IMG/VR virus record: IMGVR_UViG_3300044796_000662
Span: 298,938-362,937 of that record
DNA: 64,000 bases
Reading direction: 5' to 3' (one strand)
Under the pieces are notes generated by a model that worked only from the letters and a program-made list of their open reading frames with translations, did no database searches and was not told the DNA's origin. The position numbers and the translations under genes are program-made. Positions 15,250 through 23,596 of the stretch are shown here, piece by piece (position 1 is the first letter of the stretch; every line of letters begins with the position of its first letter).

Positions 15250-15606
15250 ATGTACACCTACGACAGGCGTACAGCCTCGGCCTGGGCGTATCACGGCACC
15301 CTCGCCAAACATCTCGCGAGTATACACAAGCACGGGCTCCAGCCCGGCTTCTACCCGAACTACAACGACGCCTACAGCGAGTATGACGACGGGCGTCACC
15401 TCTTCTTCGCTGACGATCCGGAGAACGTGCGGGGCCACTACGGGGACACGCTCGTTCGGTTCCCGTGGCCTGCGGACGCGAAGCCCGACCAGAACACCTT
15501 CGGGCGCATCCTACCGCACCAGTTCGTATCGAAGGGGAAGGTCGCCCCTGAGCACATCGAGGTGGAGCAGGACGGCCGTTGGGTCGGTCTGAGCGACCTG
15601 GTCTAG
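15250..15606 (+). CDS. putative ADP-ribosyltransferase-fold protein
   Basis: YHGT…SIHKHGL and LFFA motifs, typical of HGT-class ART/Tpt1-like folds. Confidence 0.55.
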   Translation: MYTYDRRTASAWAYHGTLAKHLASIHKHGLQPGFYPNYNDAYSEYDDGRHLFFADDPENVRGHYGDTLVRFPWPADAKPDQNTFGRILPHQFVSKGKVAPEHIEVEQDGRWVGLSDLV

Positions 15607-15788
15607 TTCTTGGGCTCGTCCTTCGTCCGGCGCACGATCTCGGCCTCGGTCTCCTCGACGAGTTCGGCGGGCGTGCTGGCCTTGACCACGATGCCGCTGG
15701 GGACGAACTCGATCTTCGTCTCCCGGTGCGTGAAGCTCCTCCAGCGAGCGAGGCGGTCCTTCGGTTCGGCCATGGTCTTCACCCTACC

Positions 15789-16355
15789 CTAGTTCTGGTC
15801 TGCGGTCGATCCGTTGGCATCCCGGTGCTTGTCCACGGCGGACAGTGCCACGGCGCGGAACCAGCACCAGAGGTCCGTCATCTTGGCGTCGTCCTTGAAG
15901 ACCAGCTCGTTCGCAGTCTCCTCGACGAGGTTCCAGCGGCCGTCCACGACCCCCTGAACGATCTCCTCGGCGATGGCCACCTCGACCGGCCCCTTGTAGA
16001 CGTCGAGGATCTTCGCCAGCTCCGCGGACAGTGCCACGGTCGTGTCGAGGCGGAGCCGGCGCTCTTCGGGAGCGGTCCCGCGTTCGAGGTCGTCGATCTT
16101 GCGCTGGAGGCGCTGGACCCGGCGTGACCAGAACTCGGGGCCGAGTACCGAATCGGGATCGCCCTCGCGGTAGAGCATCTCCCACTCGATCACGATCATC
16201 ATCCACTTGTAGCCGACATCGGCGTTGATCGCGTCGCGCATGTCCTTGAGGAACTTGCGCCGATCGTCATTGAGCTTCGAGAGGTGATCGGCGTCGCCGT
16301 TGGCGAAACGCTCTTCGACGGTAGGGTACTTCTTGTCGTTGTTCATCGGCGCCAT
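15789..16355 (-). CDS. hypothetical protein
   Basis: 188-aa ORF with strong codon bias. Confidence 0.75.
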   Translation of the reverse strand: MAPMNNDKKYPTVEERFANGDADHLSKLNDDRRKFLKDMRDAINADVGYKWMMIVIEWEMLYREGDPDSVLGPEFWSRRVQRLQRKIDDLERGTAPEERRLRLDTTVALSAELAKILDVYKGPVEVAIAEEIVQGVVDGRWNLVEETANELVFKDDAKMTDLWCWFRAVALSAVDKHRDANGSTADQN

Positions 16356-16756
16356 CCGCAGGCATGAAGCAGTTCGTTGTGGGCGTCACGCACCGCGTAC
16401 TCGTAGGGCGTGACCATGGACCTGTAGAGCTTCGTGTTCTTGTAACCGCCGCCGTAGGTTCCGAGGTTGACCCCCGCCTCTCGTGCGGCGTCGGCCCATC
16501 GTCGGTGCGCGGCTGCGTGCATCGTCACCGCGTCCGTGTACTTCTTGGCCGCCTGGTCGATCATGGAGGGGCGCACGGCCGCCAGCGCGGACTGGTCGTT
16601 GGTCTGGTAGACCACCAGAGAGGGATCGCTCGGAAGCTCGATGCCCTCGCCCGCGCGAAGCGCTGAGGTGGTCTCGGCCACCCTGCGCGCGAACATGTCG
16701 GGGGACACGTCCTCGTTGAGCAGGAAGGTCAGAGACAGCTTCAACTTGTGATTCAC
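16343..16756 (-). CDS. hypothetical protein
   Basis: GTG start (MNHKLKLSL…) in a coupled gene run. Confidence 0.65.
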   Translation of the reverse strand: MNHKLKLSLTFLLNEDVSPDMFARRVAETTSALRAGEGIELPSDPSLVVYQTNDQSALAAVRPSMIDQAAKKYTDAVTMHAAAHRRWADAAREAGVNLGTYGGGYKNTKLYRSMVTPYEYAVRDAHNELLHACGWRR

Positions 16757-17106
16757 GGCTCGTACTCCTGTTCGGATCGGTTGAAGACACTCGCGGCGAA
16801 GAGCAGGTCCGCGATGACCTTGGACGAGAGCTTGCCCTTGCCCCGTGCTCCGAGCTGCTTGGCAGCGCGGACGATGATGTCCGAGACGTACGGGTGCCAG
16901 ATGAGGCGATGACCCTTCTGCTCGTAGAAGCCGCCGCGCCCCTGGTCCTTCTCGCCGCAGGTGTTGCAGGGGTACGTCTGCCGGATCTTCTTGAGGACGA
17001 CGGGGCAGTTGTCGTTGCCGTACTTGCACCCGTGCTTGTCGCAGCAATGCGTCCGGTGGACGCCGCCGTTCTCGATGGGGTGACTTCGAGCTTCCTTGGC
17101 GTTCAT
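16753..17106 (-). CDS. hypothetical Cys-rich protein
   Basis: HRTHCCDKHGCKYG..CPV…YPCNTC motif. Confidence 0.7.
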   Translation of the reverse strand: MNAKEARSHPIENGGVHRTHCCDKHGCKYGNDNCPVVLKKIRQTYPCNTCGEKDQGRGGFYEQKGHRLIWHPYVSDIIVRAAKQLGARGKGKLSSKVIADLLFAASVFNRSEQEYEP

Positions 17107-17318
17107 CGCACCCTCAACTTCTGGCGGCTGACTTCGGACACGCAGAAAGGGCAGAGGCGGGTCTCGGTGCTCGCTCCGGTGATGACCAGCACCTTGGCCG
17201 TCTTTCGATCCAGGTCCCGCTGACGGTTGCAGGCGGTGCAGCTCCCGGCGTCGGACACTGTTGACCAGCGGATCCGGGGCGCCGCGTCGAAGCGGTCCGT
17301 CTCTTCGCAGGTGCACAT
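17103..17318 (-). CDS. small Zn-finger-like protein
   Basis: CTACN…CPFC. Confidence 0.6.
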   Translation of the reverse strand: MCTCEETDRFDAAPRIRWSTVSDAGSCTACNRQRDLDRKTAKVLVITGASTETRLCPFCVSEVSRQKLRVR

Positions 17319-17319
17319 G

Positions 17320-17700
17320 TCAGACCTCCAACTTGACGAAGCCGACGCGGTCGGTGACGAAGAAGCGGCCGTTGACCTCGAAGATGTCGCCGACCGACAT
17401 GCTCGTGTGTTCGAGCCCGAGCGAGTCGATGAACGCGCGAGCCTCGCCGTTGGGGCTCCAGATGCAGCCCTGCATCATGTGGAACGCGGCCTCGGGCGAC
17501 TCCGTGTCCAGCGCTCCGACGCAGATGTAGTTCTCGGCGATGGTGGCGGGCGTCGGCAAGGTTCCGTTGGCCTTCATCCACGCGACGCCCATGAAGCTCT
17601 CGCGGGAGAAGCGCGGCTTGGCGTACCAGACCTTGGCGCGGCCGGTGCCGTAGCGCTTGTCGAAGACGGATGCGGATGCGTCGCTCAGGTTCGTGTACAC
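17320..17700 (-). CDS. YodL-like domain protein
   Basis: C-terminal HTSMSVGDI…D.VGF motif. Confidence 0.65.
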   Translation of the reverse strand: MYTNLSDASASVFDKRYGTGRAKVWYAKPRFSRESFMGVAWMKANGTLPTPATIAENYICVGALDTESPEAAFHMMQGCIWSPNGEARAFIDSLGLEHTSMSVGDIFEVNGRFFVTDRVGFVKLEV

Positions 17701-17702
17701 GT

Positions 17703-18110
17703 TCAGGCTCCCTTGTTGGTGATGTGGCGGGTCTTCATGCTGTTGATGATGTCGTCGAGGAGCACGCGCTCCTTGCGCTCAGCGGTCACGGCCGCAAGGC
17801 GCTCGGCCTTGGTCGGCTTACGCCACGGGCGCGGGAAAGCTCTCGCGTTCGCGTGGTCGATGGCCCCTAAGACGGCCTTGTCCAGTGCATCCAAGAGCTG
17901 AAGCTCCTGCCGGAAGCACGCGATCTCCTCAGCGCGCTCGGCATTCTTGAGCTTCTTGTTCGCCTTGGCCTTCTCGATGGCGTCGTACGCGTGCAGCGCA
18001 GCGCTGGTGAAGATGTCGCGCAGGTCACGGTAGTCGAGCCCCGAGAGGGTCGCCCGTCCGCCCTTGTGGATCGTGACGCGGGGGATCGAATGGGGGTCAC
18101 GCCTGCTCAT
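17703..18110 (-). CDS. hypothetical early protein
   Basis: ATG 6 nt downstream of the conserved promoter. Confidence 0.7.
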   Translation of the reverse strand: MSRRDPHSIPRVTIHKGGRATLSGLDYRDLRDIFTSAALHAYDAIEKAKANKKLKNAERAEEIACFRQELQLLDALDKAVLGAIDHANARAFPRPWRKPTKAERLAAVTAERKERVLLDDIINSMKTRHITNKGA

Positions 18111-18116
18111 ACAGGC

Positions 18117-18145
18117 ACTACAACCCAACCCCGGCCGGAATCAAC
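18117..18145 (-). promoter_or_regulatory. conserved phage promoter, copy 1
   Basis: GTTGATTC-N11-GGGTTGTAGT; ATG 6 nt downstream. Confidence 0.8.
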
Positions 18146-18157
18146 CGGCCGGCACGG

Positions 18158-18796
18158 CTACACGCGGAAAAGCCGCCGGAAAGCGGAGGCGACCGGCCCT
18201 TGGGCCAGGCCCCTCGTGTAGTTTCCTCTCTCACTGTAGAGCTTGCCCACCTCGCCACAGATGGTGTGGAAGCGCACCTGGCCGATGAGCATTCCCGGGT
18301 AGAGTCGGATCGCGTGGGTCGCGGTGACTTCCAGAGTGAACTGGCCGTCGAAGCCGGGGTCGCCGTAGCCCGCCGTCTGGTGGATCGCGACGAAGAGGCG
18401 GCCCACGGTGCTCTTGCCGTCGATGATGGGCACGAAGCTGGTCGTCTGGATGCGCTCGTGCGTGTGCATGAGGTACCCGATGCCGGGACGGATGACCCAC
18501 CCCACCTCGGGGTTGATCTTGAAGTGCCTGGCGAAGCCGGCGTTGTTCGGGTCGTCGTTCTTGGGGTCCAAGACCTGCCAGGAGGCCGCGGTGGGCGCCC
18601 AGTGGAAGCCGTCCTCGATCTCCTTGTCGTTGGGCACGCAGCGGACCCACTTGTCGTAGACGGTCAGCTCATCGCCCAGGGTCACGTCGTAGCTCGTAGG
18701 ATTGACGTGATCGTCACGGAACGGCTCGATCCGGATGCGACCATCTGCGACCGCCGCCCTGATCTCCGAGTCCGCAAGGATTCCTTCTTTCGCCAT
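18158..18796 (-). CDS. dcd: dCTP deaminase
   Basis: ILADSEI, NPTSYDVTLG, GKSTVGR, GYGDPGFDGQFTLE, PGMLIGQ motifs. Confidence 0.93.
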   Translation of the reverse strand: MAKEGILADSEIRAAVADGRIRIEPFRDDHVNPTSYDVTLGDELTVYDKWVRCVPNDKEIEDGFHWAPTAASWQVLDPKNDDPNNAGFARHFKINPEVGWVIRPGIGYLMHTHERIQTTSFVPIIDGKSTVGRLFVAIHQTAGYGDPGFDGQFTLEVTATHAIRLYPGMLIGQVRFHTICGEVGKLYSERGNYTRGLAQGPVASAFRRLFRV

Positions 18797-18812
18797 CCCT
18801 GGAGGTACACCG

Positions 18813-19025
18813 ATGCCGCAGCATCCGACCGACGTTCTGTCTTTCCCGGTGGTCCTTCCCTCGGATCCAATGGCCATCCGGTTCGTCAAGCGCCTCACGA
18901 CGGTGCTCCACTGCCCGTCCATGCGCGTAGAGAACGTCGTGTACGTCGTGATCCTCCGGGAACAGTTGAACATGCTACAGACTCTTGCGTCCGACCTCGA
19001 AGGCACCGTAGGGTACAAGGAATGA
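18813..19025 (+). CDS. hypothetical protein
   Basis: GGAGGT RBS; overlaps the def start. Confidence 0.55.
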   Translation: MPQHPTDVLSFPVVLPSDPMAIRFVKRLTTVLHCPSMRVENVVYVVILREQLNMLQTLASDLEGTVGYKE

Positions 19026-19528
19026 TGCGGCTGTATTACTGGCCTGACCCGATCCTGAAGACGCGCTGCGCGCCGGTCCCCGAGGTCACGGACGAGATCC
19101 GTGAGCTGGTCGCTGGGATGTTCGACGTCATGTACGCGAACGACGGGATCGGCATCGCGGCGCCGCAGGTCGGCCGCGCGCTCCGGCTCTTCGTGCTCGA
19201 CGTGTGGTGGCCGCAGACGGGCCAGTACGACCAGGGCAAGGTCTTCATCAACCCCGTGGTCACCCCGAGCAAGGCCGTGCAGCGCACGCGTGAGGGCTGC
19301 TTGTCACTGCCGGGGGTGCGTGAGTACGTCGAACGGAGCAGCACGTGCCACGTCGAGGCGCTCGACGAGCACGGTGAGAAGTTCTCCCTCGATGCTGAGG
19401 GTGTGCTCGCGGTCTGCATCCAGCACGAGAACGATCACCTGGATGGGCTGACGATGATCGACCGCGTGGGACCGATGACGCGGCGGCTCCTCAAGAAGGT
19501 GCTGCCCTCGAAGCCACCGCCCCGCTGA
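19022..19528 (+). CDS. def: peptide deformylase
   Basis: GIGIAAPQVG, EGCLS and QHENDHLDG motifs. Confidence 0.96.
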   Translation: MMRLYYWPDPILKTRCAPVPEVTDEIRELVAGMFDVMYANDGIGIAAPQVGRALRLFVLDVWWPQTGQYDQGKVFINPVVTPSKAVQRTREGCLSLPGVREYVERSSTCHVEALDEHGEKFSLDAEGVLAVCIQHENDHLDGLTMIDRVGPMTRRLLKKVLPSKPPPR

Positions 19529-19553
19529 CGGTCGGCAACACGCTCGGCAATGC

Positions 19554-19946
19554 TCATTTTTCGAACTTCACCAGCTCGACGGTGCGATCGTACCGTGTGC
19601 TGAGCGTCGTCACCTCGCCCCCGTCGTACTGCCAGTCGGAGTCGGTCTCAATCTGGACCGTCCCCCAATCCGTGAAGTCCCCGCCGCCGACGAAGTCGAT
19701 CTCCCCAGTCTCCGAGTGCACGTGCAGCTCTTGAGCCTTGAGATACTTCTGGAAGAAGGCCACCACATTCTTCTTCTCGTCGGGTGGCAGCTTCTTGAAC
19801 TTCTCCGTGGGCTCGAAGCGGATCGTGACCGTGGATTCCTCCCCGCGAACGATCTGCTCCGAGCGGTGAAGCTTCACCTTCATAGATGGGAGGCCCCCGG
19901 ATGCGGCAGCGGTCTTCCAACGTAGGTCGTTTGTCGAGACGGCCAT
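19554..19946 (-). CDS. hypothetical protein
   Basis: MAVSTNDLRWK…; strong codon bias. Confidence 0.65.
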   Translation of the reverse strand: MAVSTNDLRWKTAAASGGLPSMKVKLHRSEQIVRGEESTVTIRFEPTEKFKKLPPDEKKNVVAFFQKYLKAQELHVHSETGEIDFVGGGDFTDWGTVQIETDSDWQYDGGEVTTLSTRYDRTVELVKFEK

Positions 19947-21148
19947 CACGCCTTCTCCTTCTGCATCTCTTCCAGGAGCTTCCGGTTGACGTGGTGCGCA
20001 GCTTCCTCGAACCAGTCCTTCAAGGGGGTGCCTTCCTTCGGCAGGTCGCGCACCTTCCAGTTCTCCACGAGCCACTTGTAGACGTCGCGCTCGGCCTCGA
20101 TTCCCTTGATCTTGTACTGCGTCTCTTTGATGTGCCTCTGGAGGATGTGCTCCCAAAACGAGATCCCGTGCCGAGCGACGATCACTTCCTTCTTCTGGAT
20201 GTCGGGACTCGGGGAACTCCACCAGTAGTGGTCGTCGAACTGTTCGAGCGTCGGCGATGACAAGGACTTGAGGTACTTGTAGGCGTCCGCGACTCGCTGG
20301 TTGCCCTCGTCGAGCATCATCTTCGTGGCGGAGCAGCCCAACTCGTAGGGCTCGTGATCGCCGCCCCAGCACTTGCCGACGACGTACCCGAAGCCGGGAC
20401 GGTTGTACCCGTGCAGGGCCATGACCGTGTTGTCCTCGCTCTTGCGAACGAGTTTGATGTTGCGGAAGCAGGCGCCGCAGGTGCCGGTGTTGTCGCGCGA
20501 GCGCTTGGCGGACGGGACGTGCTCTTCCATCCCGAGCACTTCGTTGATCTGTGCGATGTAGCTCGTCTCTTTTTTGAGCCAGGCCATCGCATCGTAGATC
20601 AGGATCTTCTTGCGGTCGCGGCCACGGGGACCTTTCAGCTCACCCCGATTCGGGAGCAGCTCGAAGGTCTTGCCGTCCGGCGAGGTGATGCGCCAGCCCT
20701 GCGCGCCGGTCCACGACTTGTAGTCCGCGCCGTGGCCCTTGCCGGTCTTGCTGTACTGAAGCTCCCACGACTTGAAGGGCTTGAGGTCCATCACATACTC
20801 GCGACCCTCCTCGGGGTGCGAAGGCAGGGTCTTGACGACCTTCGCCTGGATCTCTTCGTACTTGCGCCGAGCGAAGTCCTCGTTTTCGTCGAACACACTA
20901 TCGCGGTGCTCTTTCGGCTCATCGTGGCCCGACTGGTACGTGTAGTGCGACGGGACGAGGCCGATGATCGGCTCCACTCGCCAGCCGCCGAGCAGCGCGA
21001 GCACCTTCCAGAGACCGCCCTGCGAGAGCGACGCATCCGCCCCCTTGCGCAGCTTGAGCAAGAGCGTCTTCATCTTCTCGTCGAGCTGCGCCGACGCGTA
21101 GCGTCCGGCGACCCGCGAGACCAAGTCCTGGTCGGTGGTCTTGCTCAT
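19946..21148 (-). CDS. hypothetical protein with Zn-ribbon (CGAC…H…C)
   Basis: ~400 aa; ATG 6 nt after promoter; N-terminal LVSRVAGRYA motif. Confidence 0.8.
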   Translation of the reverse strand: MSKTTDQDLVSRVAGRYASAQLDEKMKTLLLKLRKGADASLSQGGLWKVLALLGGWRVEPIIGLVPSHYTYQSGHDEPKEHRDSVFDENEDFARRKYEEIQAKVVKTLPSHPEEGREYVMDLKPFKSWELQYSKTGKGHGADYKSWTGAQGWRITSPDGKTFELLPNRGELKGPRGRDRKKILIYDAMAWLKKETSYIAQINEVLGMEEHVPSAKRSRDNTGTCGACFRNIKLVRKSEDNTVMALHGYNRPGFGYVVGKCWGGDHEPYELGCSATKMMLDEGNQRVADAYKYLKSLSSPTLEQFDDHYWWSSPSPDIQKKEVIVARHGISFWEHILQRHIKETQYKIKGIEAERDVYKWLVENWKVRDLPKEGTPLKDWFEEAAHHVNRKLLEEMQKEKA

Positions 21149-21154
21149 GGTGCG

Positions 21155-21183
21155 ACTACAACCCAAAGGGCTCCGGAATCAAC
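21155..21183 (-). promoter_or_regulatory. conserved phage promoter, copy 2
   Basis: GTTGATTC-N11-GGGTTGTAGT; ATG 6 nt downstream. Confidence 0.8.
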
Positions 21184-21339
21184 CTCCTACCAGAAGATCC
21201 TGGCACCGTGTGGGATAATGGCCCACCTATCGTCGGGGACGGTTGATTCCCGGCCGGTTCGAGGTCAAGCAGGGCTCCGCGCTGCGCTCAGAGATCGAGG
21301 GGCTGGTCACCACGGTAGTTCGTAGCCTGGAGGCCGTCC

Positions 21340-21612
21340 ATGGCTGACAGCAAGCGCTGTGGGGGTTGTGGCGAGCGGACGACAGCGTCAGGGCCTTACT
21401 GCCGCACCTGCCAGAGCAAGCGGTTCCACGCCCGTCAGGACATCAAGGCCGGGAAATACATCCTGGACCAGGTGGGCGGCGCCTGGTGGGTCTGGACGGA
21501 CAAGGGCGAGGTGGTCGTCATCGGTAGGGAGACCAAGGAACTCGCCTTTCACTGCCTCGCACACGGCGATCCACTCCTGACGGAAACGGACGAATCGGAG
21601 GCAACCCCGTAA
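21340..21612 (+). CDS. small Zn-finger protein
   Basis: CGGC…CRTC; GGAGG RBS. Confidence 0.7.
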   Translation: MADSKRCGGCGERTTASGPYCRTCQSKRFHARQDIKAGKYILDQVGGAWWVWTDKGEVVVIGRETKELAFHCLAHGDPLLTETDESEATP

Positions 21613-21617
21613 CCTCG

Positions 21618-21646
21618 GTTGATTCTGACCGGGGTTGGGTTGTAGT
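21618..21646 (+). promoter_or_regulatory. conserved phage promoter, copy 3
   Basis: GTTGATTC-N11-GGGTTGTAGT; ATG at 21653. Confidence 0.8.
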
Positions 21647-21652
21647 TCACAC

Positions 21653-22138
21653 ATGAAGCCCACCTACTACCTGACCTGGACGCGCGGCTACGCCTTCTCG
21701 AAAGGGGTGCGCCTTCACAGCAAGGAAGGGCACTACTCGATCATCCCCGTCAAGGGCGGCAAGTTCCGGGTCGAGCGCTCGCACACCGCCGAACCTGGCG
21801 GCTCTTGGGTATCCGCCGAGGTGGACTCCGAGGAGCAGGCGAAGCACGTCGCCCTGGAGCACGACTGGACCTTCATCCGTCGCAACTTCCTTGTCACGAA
21901 GGCGCCCGGCGTCTTCGAGGCTGCGGACGGTCGCATCACCGTCAAGCGCCTCAAGGTGGACGAACTCCGTGCGGTGATGCCGCACGGGCACACCTCGACG
22001 AAGGCGGGCTACGCGATCTTCGTGGACGGCAAGTACCGCGACTGCGGGTACAGCCTCCGCAGCGTGCAGCACTCGATCTCGAACACGAAGCGCTTCGCCG
22101 ATGTTGGCGAGTCCGTGCAGACGGCGGTGGCGTCGTGA
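21653..22138 (+). CDS. hypothetical early protein
   Basis: Leaderless ATG after the promoter. Confidence 0.7.
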   Translation: MKPTYYLTWTRGYAFSKGVRLHSKEGHYSIIPVKGGKFRVERSHTAEPGGSWVSAEVDSEEQAKHVALEHDWTFIRRNFLVTKAPGVFEAADGRITVKRLKVDELRAVMPHGHTSTKAGYAIFVDGKYRDCGYSLRSVQHSISNTKRFADVGESVQTAVAS

Positions 22139-22527
22139 CCCCCGACAACAGCGCGCTCAGGAAGCTCATGGAGCAGGTCGCCGCCGCGCTCGGGGAGAGC
22201 GTCGAGTACGTCTCTCTGACGTACGAGTGCATGGACGGGCAGTTTCTCTGGAACTGCACCGTGAAGCCGCGCTACCGCAAGCGCGGCACCGGCCGCGAGA
22301 TGGTTCGAGGATCCTTCTGCACGGTGCCGGAGAATGGTGAGGGCTCGCCGGCCGAGGTCGTGGCCGACATGCTGCACAAGATCGAGAACTACAAGAACCC
22401 GGCGGCGGCCGAGGCTGCGAAGAACCGCGAGTCTGTCCTTCAACTGTTGAGCGAGCTGCTTGACAGCGGGGAGCTGACCCTCGACCAGTACACGAGCGCC
22501 GTGGGGAAGCTCCCGGAGCTTCCGTAG
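22135..22527 (+). CDS. hypothetical protein
   Basis: GTGA overlap; strong codon bias. Confidence 0.65.
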   Translation: MTPDNSALRKLMEQVAAALGESVEYVSLTYECMDGQFLWNCTVKPRYRKRGTGREMVRGSFCTVPENGEGSPAEVVADMLHKIENYKNPAAAEAAKNRESVLQLLSELLDSGELTLDQYTSAVGKLPELP

Positions 22528-22564
22528 CCTGTCAGAAGTTGACGGCCCGTGCGTCTTGGTAGCC

Positions 22565-23155
22565 ATGGAGACCCAAATGCAAACGCTGAAGATCATCACC
22601 TCGGACATCTGCTCGGCCCTTGACACCCACACCATCGGGAGCAAGGTGACGCACCACGGGCCGTTCTTCGATGCCATGGAGGAGCGCGTCCGCCGCTTCG
22701 ACTTTGCGGGCGCACGCGTCCCCGGTCAGGGGTTCATCCTGTGCCCCGAGCTGGTCCCGTTCGTCTCGGCGGGCGTCGGTCCGCGCTCGAAGAACCCCGA
22801 GGACTACGTCTGCCGCGTCCACCGGGGAATCGTCAGCGCCTACTTGAAGCGCGAGTTCGCAGCCAAGGTGACCGGCTGCGCCCTCGTTGTGTACACGAAG
22901 GACGCCTACCTGGCGGATCCCGACACGATCCACGCCGGCCACGAGGCCGAGCACATCCGGGACATGGACCCGACGCATGTCCTCGTGGCGGTGCTTGCGT
23001 TCGCCGGCCCCGACTCCCCGCTGCCGCCCTACCGGCTGGTGTGGAACCTTGCCGGGGGCAACCGCGAAGCGGCCCTGTACACGGCGGACGAGATCCGGGC
23101 CAAGGCGAAGGCCGCCATTGACTACGACAACGCTTGGGCGACCGTCGCGGACTAG
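22565..23155 (+). CDS. hypothetical protein
   Basis: ~196-aa ORF with strong codon bias. Confidence 0.75.
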   Translation: METQMQTLKIITSDICSALDTHTIGSKVTHHGPFFDAMEERVRRFDFAGARVPGQGFILCPELVPFVSAGVGPRSKNPEDYVCRVHRGIVSAYLKREFAAKVTGCALVVYTKDAYLADPDTIHAGHEAEHIRDMDPTHVLVAVLAFAGPDSPLPPYRLVWNLAGGNREAALYTADEIRAKAKAAIDYDNAWATVAD

Positions 23156-23526
23156 CTGCGCGAGAGGAACACGGCCACGAACACGTTCTGTTCCGTGATG
23201 TAGAACTCGTGGCAGATCACGTTTTCGACGCGGGCGGCCGCCGTCTCCATCGCGGTCTCGAAGGTGGTCGGCCCGCCGTCGAGTGCCCCGAGGGTCACCG
23301 CGGTGACCTTCACCGGGTAACCGGGCTCGTCGTCGCGGTAGCCGAGGCTCAGGAACAGGCGCTTGTCGCTCTCCCTGAACTCGATGCCGAGGCTCTTGGG
23401 GGCGACGCGGCCGTCACGTGAGAACGCCTCGACCATGCCACTCAGACGGCGCATGGCCTCGTCGTGGGTGAGACCGGCCTCGGGGATGAAGAACTTGAAC
23501 TTGGAATGAACCTGTGCGGTGGACAT
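23152..23526 (-). CDS. hypothetical protein
   Basis: MSTAQVHSKFKFF…; convergent with upstream gene. Confidence 0.65.
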   Translation of the reverse strand: MSTAQVHSKFKFFIPEAGLTHDEAMRRLSGMVEAFSRDGRVAPKSLGIEFRESDKRLFLSLGYRDDEPGYPVKVTAVTLGALDGGPTTFETAMETAAARVENVICHEFYITEQNVFVAVFLSRS

Positions 23527-23596
23527 GAGTAACCCCCATAAACCATCTGCGCGCGGGCGGCAAGCATAAGAACCGTTTGATAGTGTAAGCTGTGTC

